In this document: positions 33,448 to 34,127 of the stretch, in pieces | Position numbering within the stretch: position 1 is the stretch's first letter | Layout: each line of letters starts with the position of its first letter | Assembly: GCF_001194135.2 (NCBI RefSeq) | Contig: NC_069005.1 | Location: 24,620,818-24,654,944, forward strand | Length of the DNA: 34,127 bases | Origin: Octopus bimaculoides | Taxonomy: Eukaryota | Reading direction: 5' to 3' | Notes under the pieces: generated by a model | Database searches by the model: none | The model's input: only the letters and a program-made list of their open reading frames with translations | Told to the model about the DNA's origin: nothing | Position numbers and translations under genes: made by a program

Positions 33448-34000
33448 CCTGCTTTTGAGATGGTTAAAGGTAACTCATGTCACTTACCCAAGGATCTTTT
33501 TCGCTGAAAATTGTTGTAAAAGCTCCATTTCTCATCACCCGTCACAACTTGCTTCAAAAAGGGTGCATTTTCATTGCGTTTATACAGCAAACCACAGATA
33601 GAAATGCGATCTAAAAGACTATTTTCACTCAGATCATACGGTACCCAAACATCGTAGTGATTTGAGTACCCAAGCTTCACTAAATACTCATGCATGGTGG
33701 ATTTTGATAAATTTAGTGTTTCTACTAATTCTCGCGTTGTGTAATGCGGGTTATTCTCAATCAATGTCTTGATTTGGTCGTCATCTGAAGTAGGTGGGTG
33801 GGGATCTGCTTGAACATTCTTCGTCAATAAGGCTACAATCACCAGCTCTAACCTTAGTGAATCACTTCCGTACAGTTCTGTCAACTAAAGCACCTTCACC
33901 GTACACAGCACATATCTTTTTTGTTGCTTACGAGGCATTTTTGCCTTTACTGTAACAACAAAAGCATCAAGTATCGAAAATGCACCTTATAATCTTGCAT
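33448..34000 (-). mobile_element. Decayed mariner transposase, N-terminal half
   Basis: From ATG at 34000: MQDYKVHFRYLM, ATKKICAVYGEGALVDRTVRK, DDDQIKTLIENNPHYTTREL, VWVPYDL (WVPHEL), VTGDEKW and LPLTISKAG; frameshifts and stops are present. Confidence 0.93.
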
Positions 34001-34077
34001 TAAGTTGACAGCATACAAATATTTTATCGTATCACTACTGCATAAATCTCTGAGAGATTTAGAAATGTATTATTTAT

Positions 34078-34080
34078 CTC

Positions 34081-34127
<47 letters not shown>
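34078..34127. repeat. (CT)n microsatellite
   Basis: Direct reading. Confidence 0.97.

Noticed and set aside
1406-34000. The two mariner fragments as halves of one element split by a ~32-kb inversion
   Set aside because: Their orientation would fit, but they overlap in the WVPHEL-TGDEKW region and differ strongly there (LAPQAKEG vs PLTISKAG), so they are independent families

Overview
AT-rich, microsatellite-dense eukaryotic genomic DNA with five N-gaps. It is very likely an octopod cephalopod (Octopus-type tRNA/CORE SINEs; this is inference from recognised repeat sequence). No intact protein-coding gene, RNA gene or CRISPR array is supported, and all long ORFs in the track are gap- or microsatellite-artefacts. 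The window is a transposon graveyard: two decayed mariner transposases, at least six R4/Dong-clade (REL endonuclease) LINE fragments, RTE and L1/Tx1 fragments, two SINE families, a ~550-bp (AAT)n-associated non-autonomous element, a Helentron-type HINE and MITE-like inverted repeats. The most interesting signals are a pair of inverted, minimal type I hammerhead-ribozyme motifs (Penelope-like, 19.4-20.0 kb) sitting inside a split SINE, a second degenerate hammerhead-like pair in a 143-bp direct repeat, a possible decayed HDV-like ribozyme at the 5' end of an RTE, and one well-formed 54-nt candidate host exon (31413-31466, +). Together with family-specific strand bias, that exon suggests the window lies inside the intron(s) of a plus-strand gene. 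Element boundaries are read by eye and are approximate unless exact motifs are quoted.
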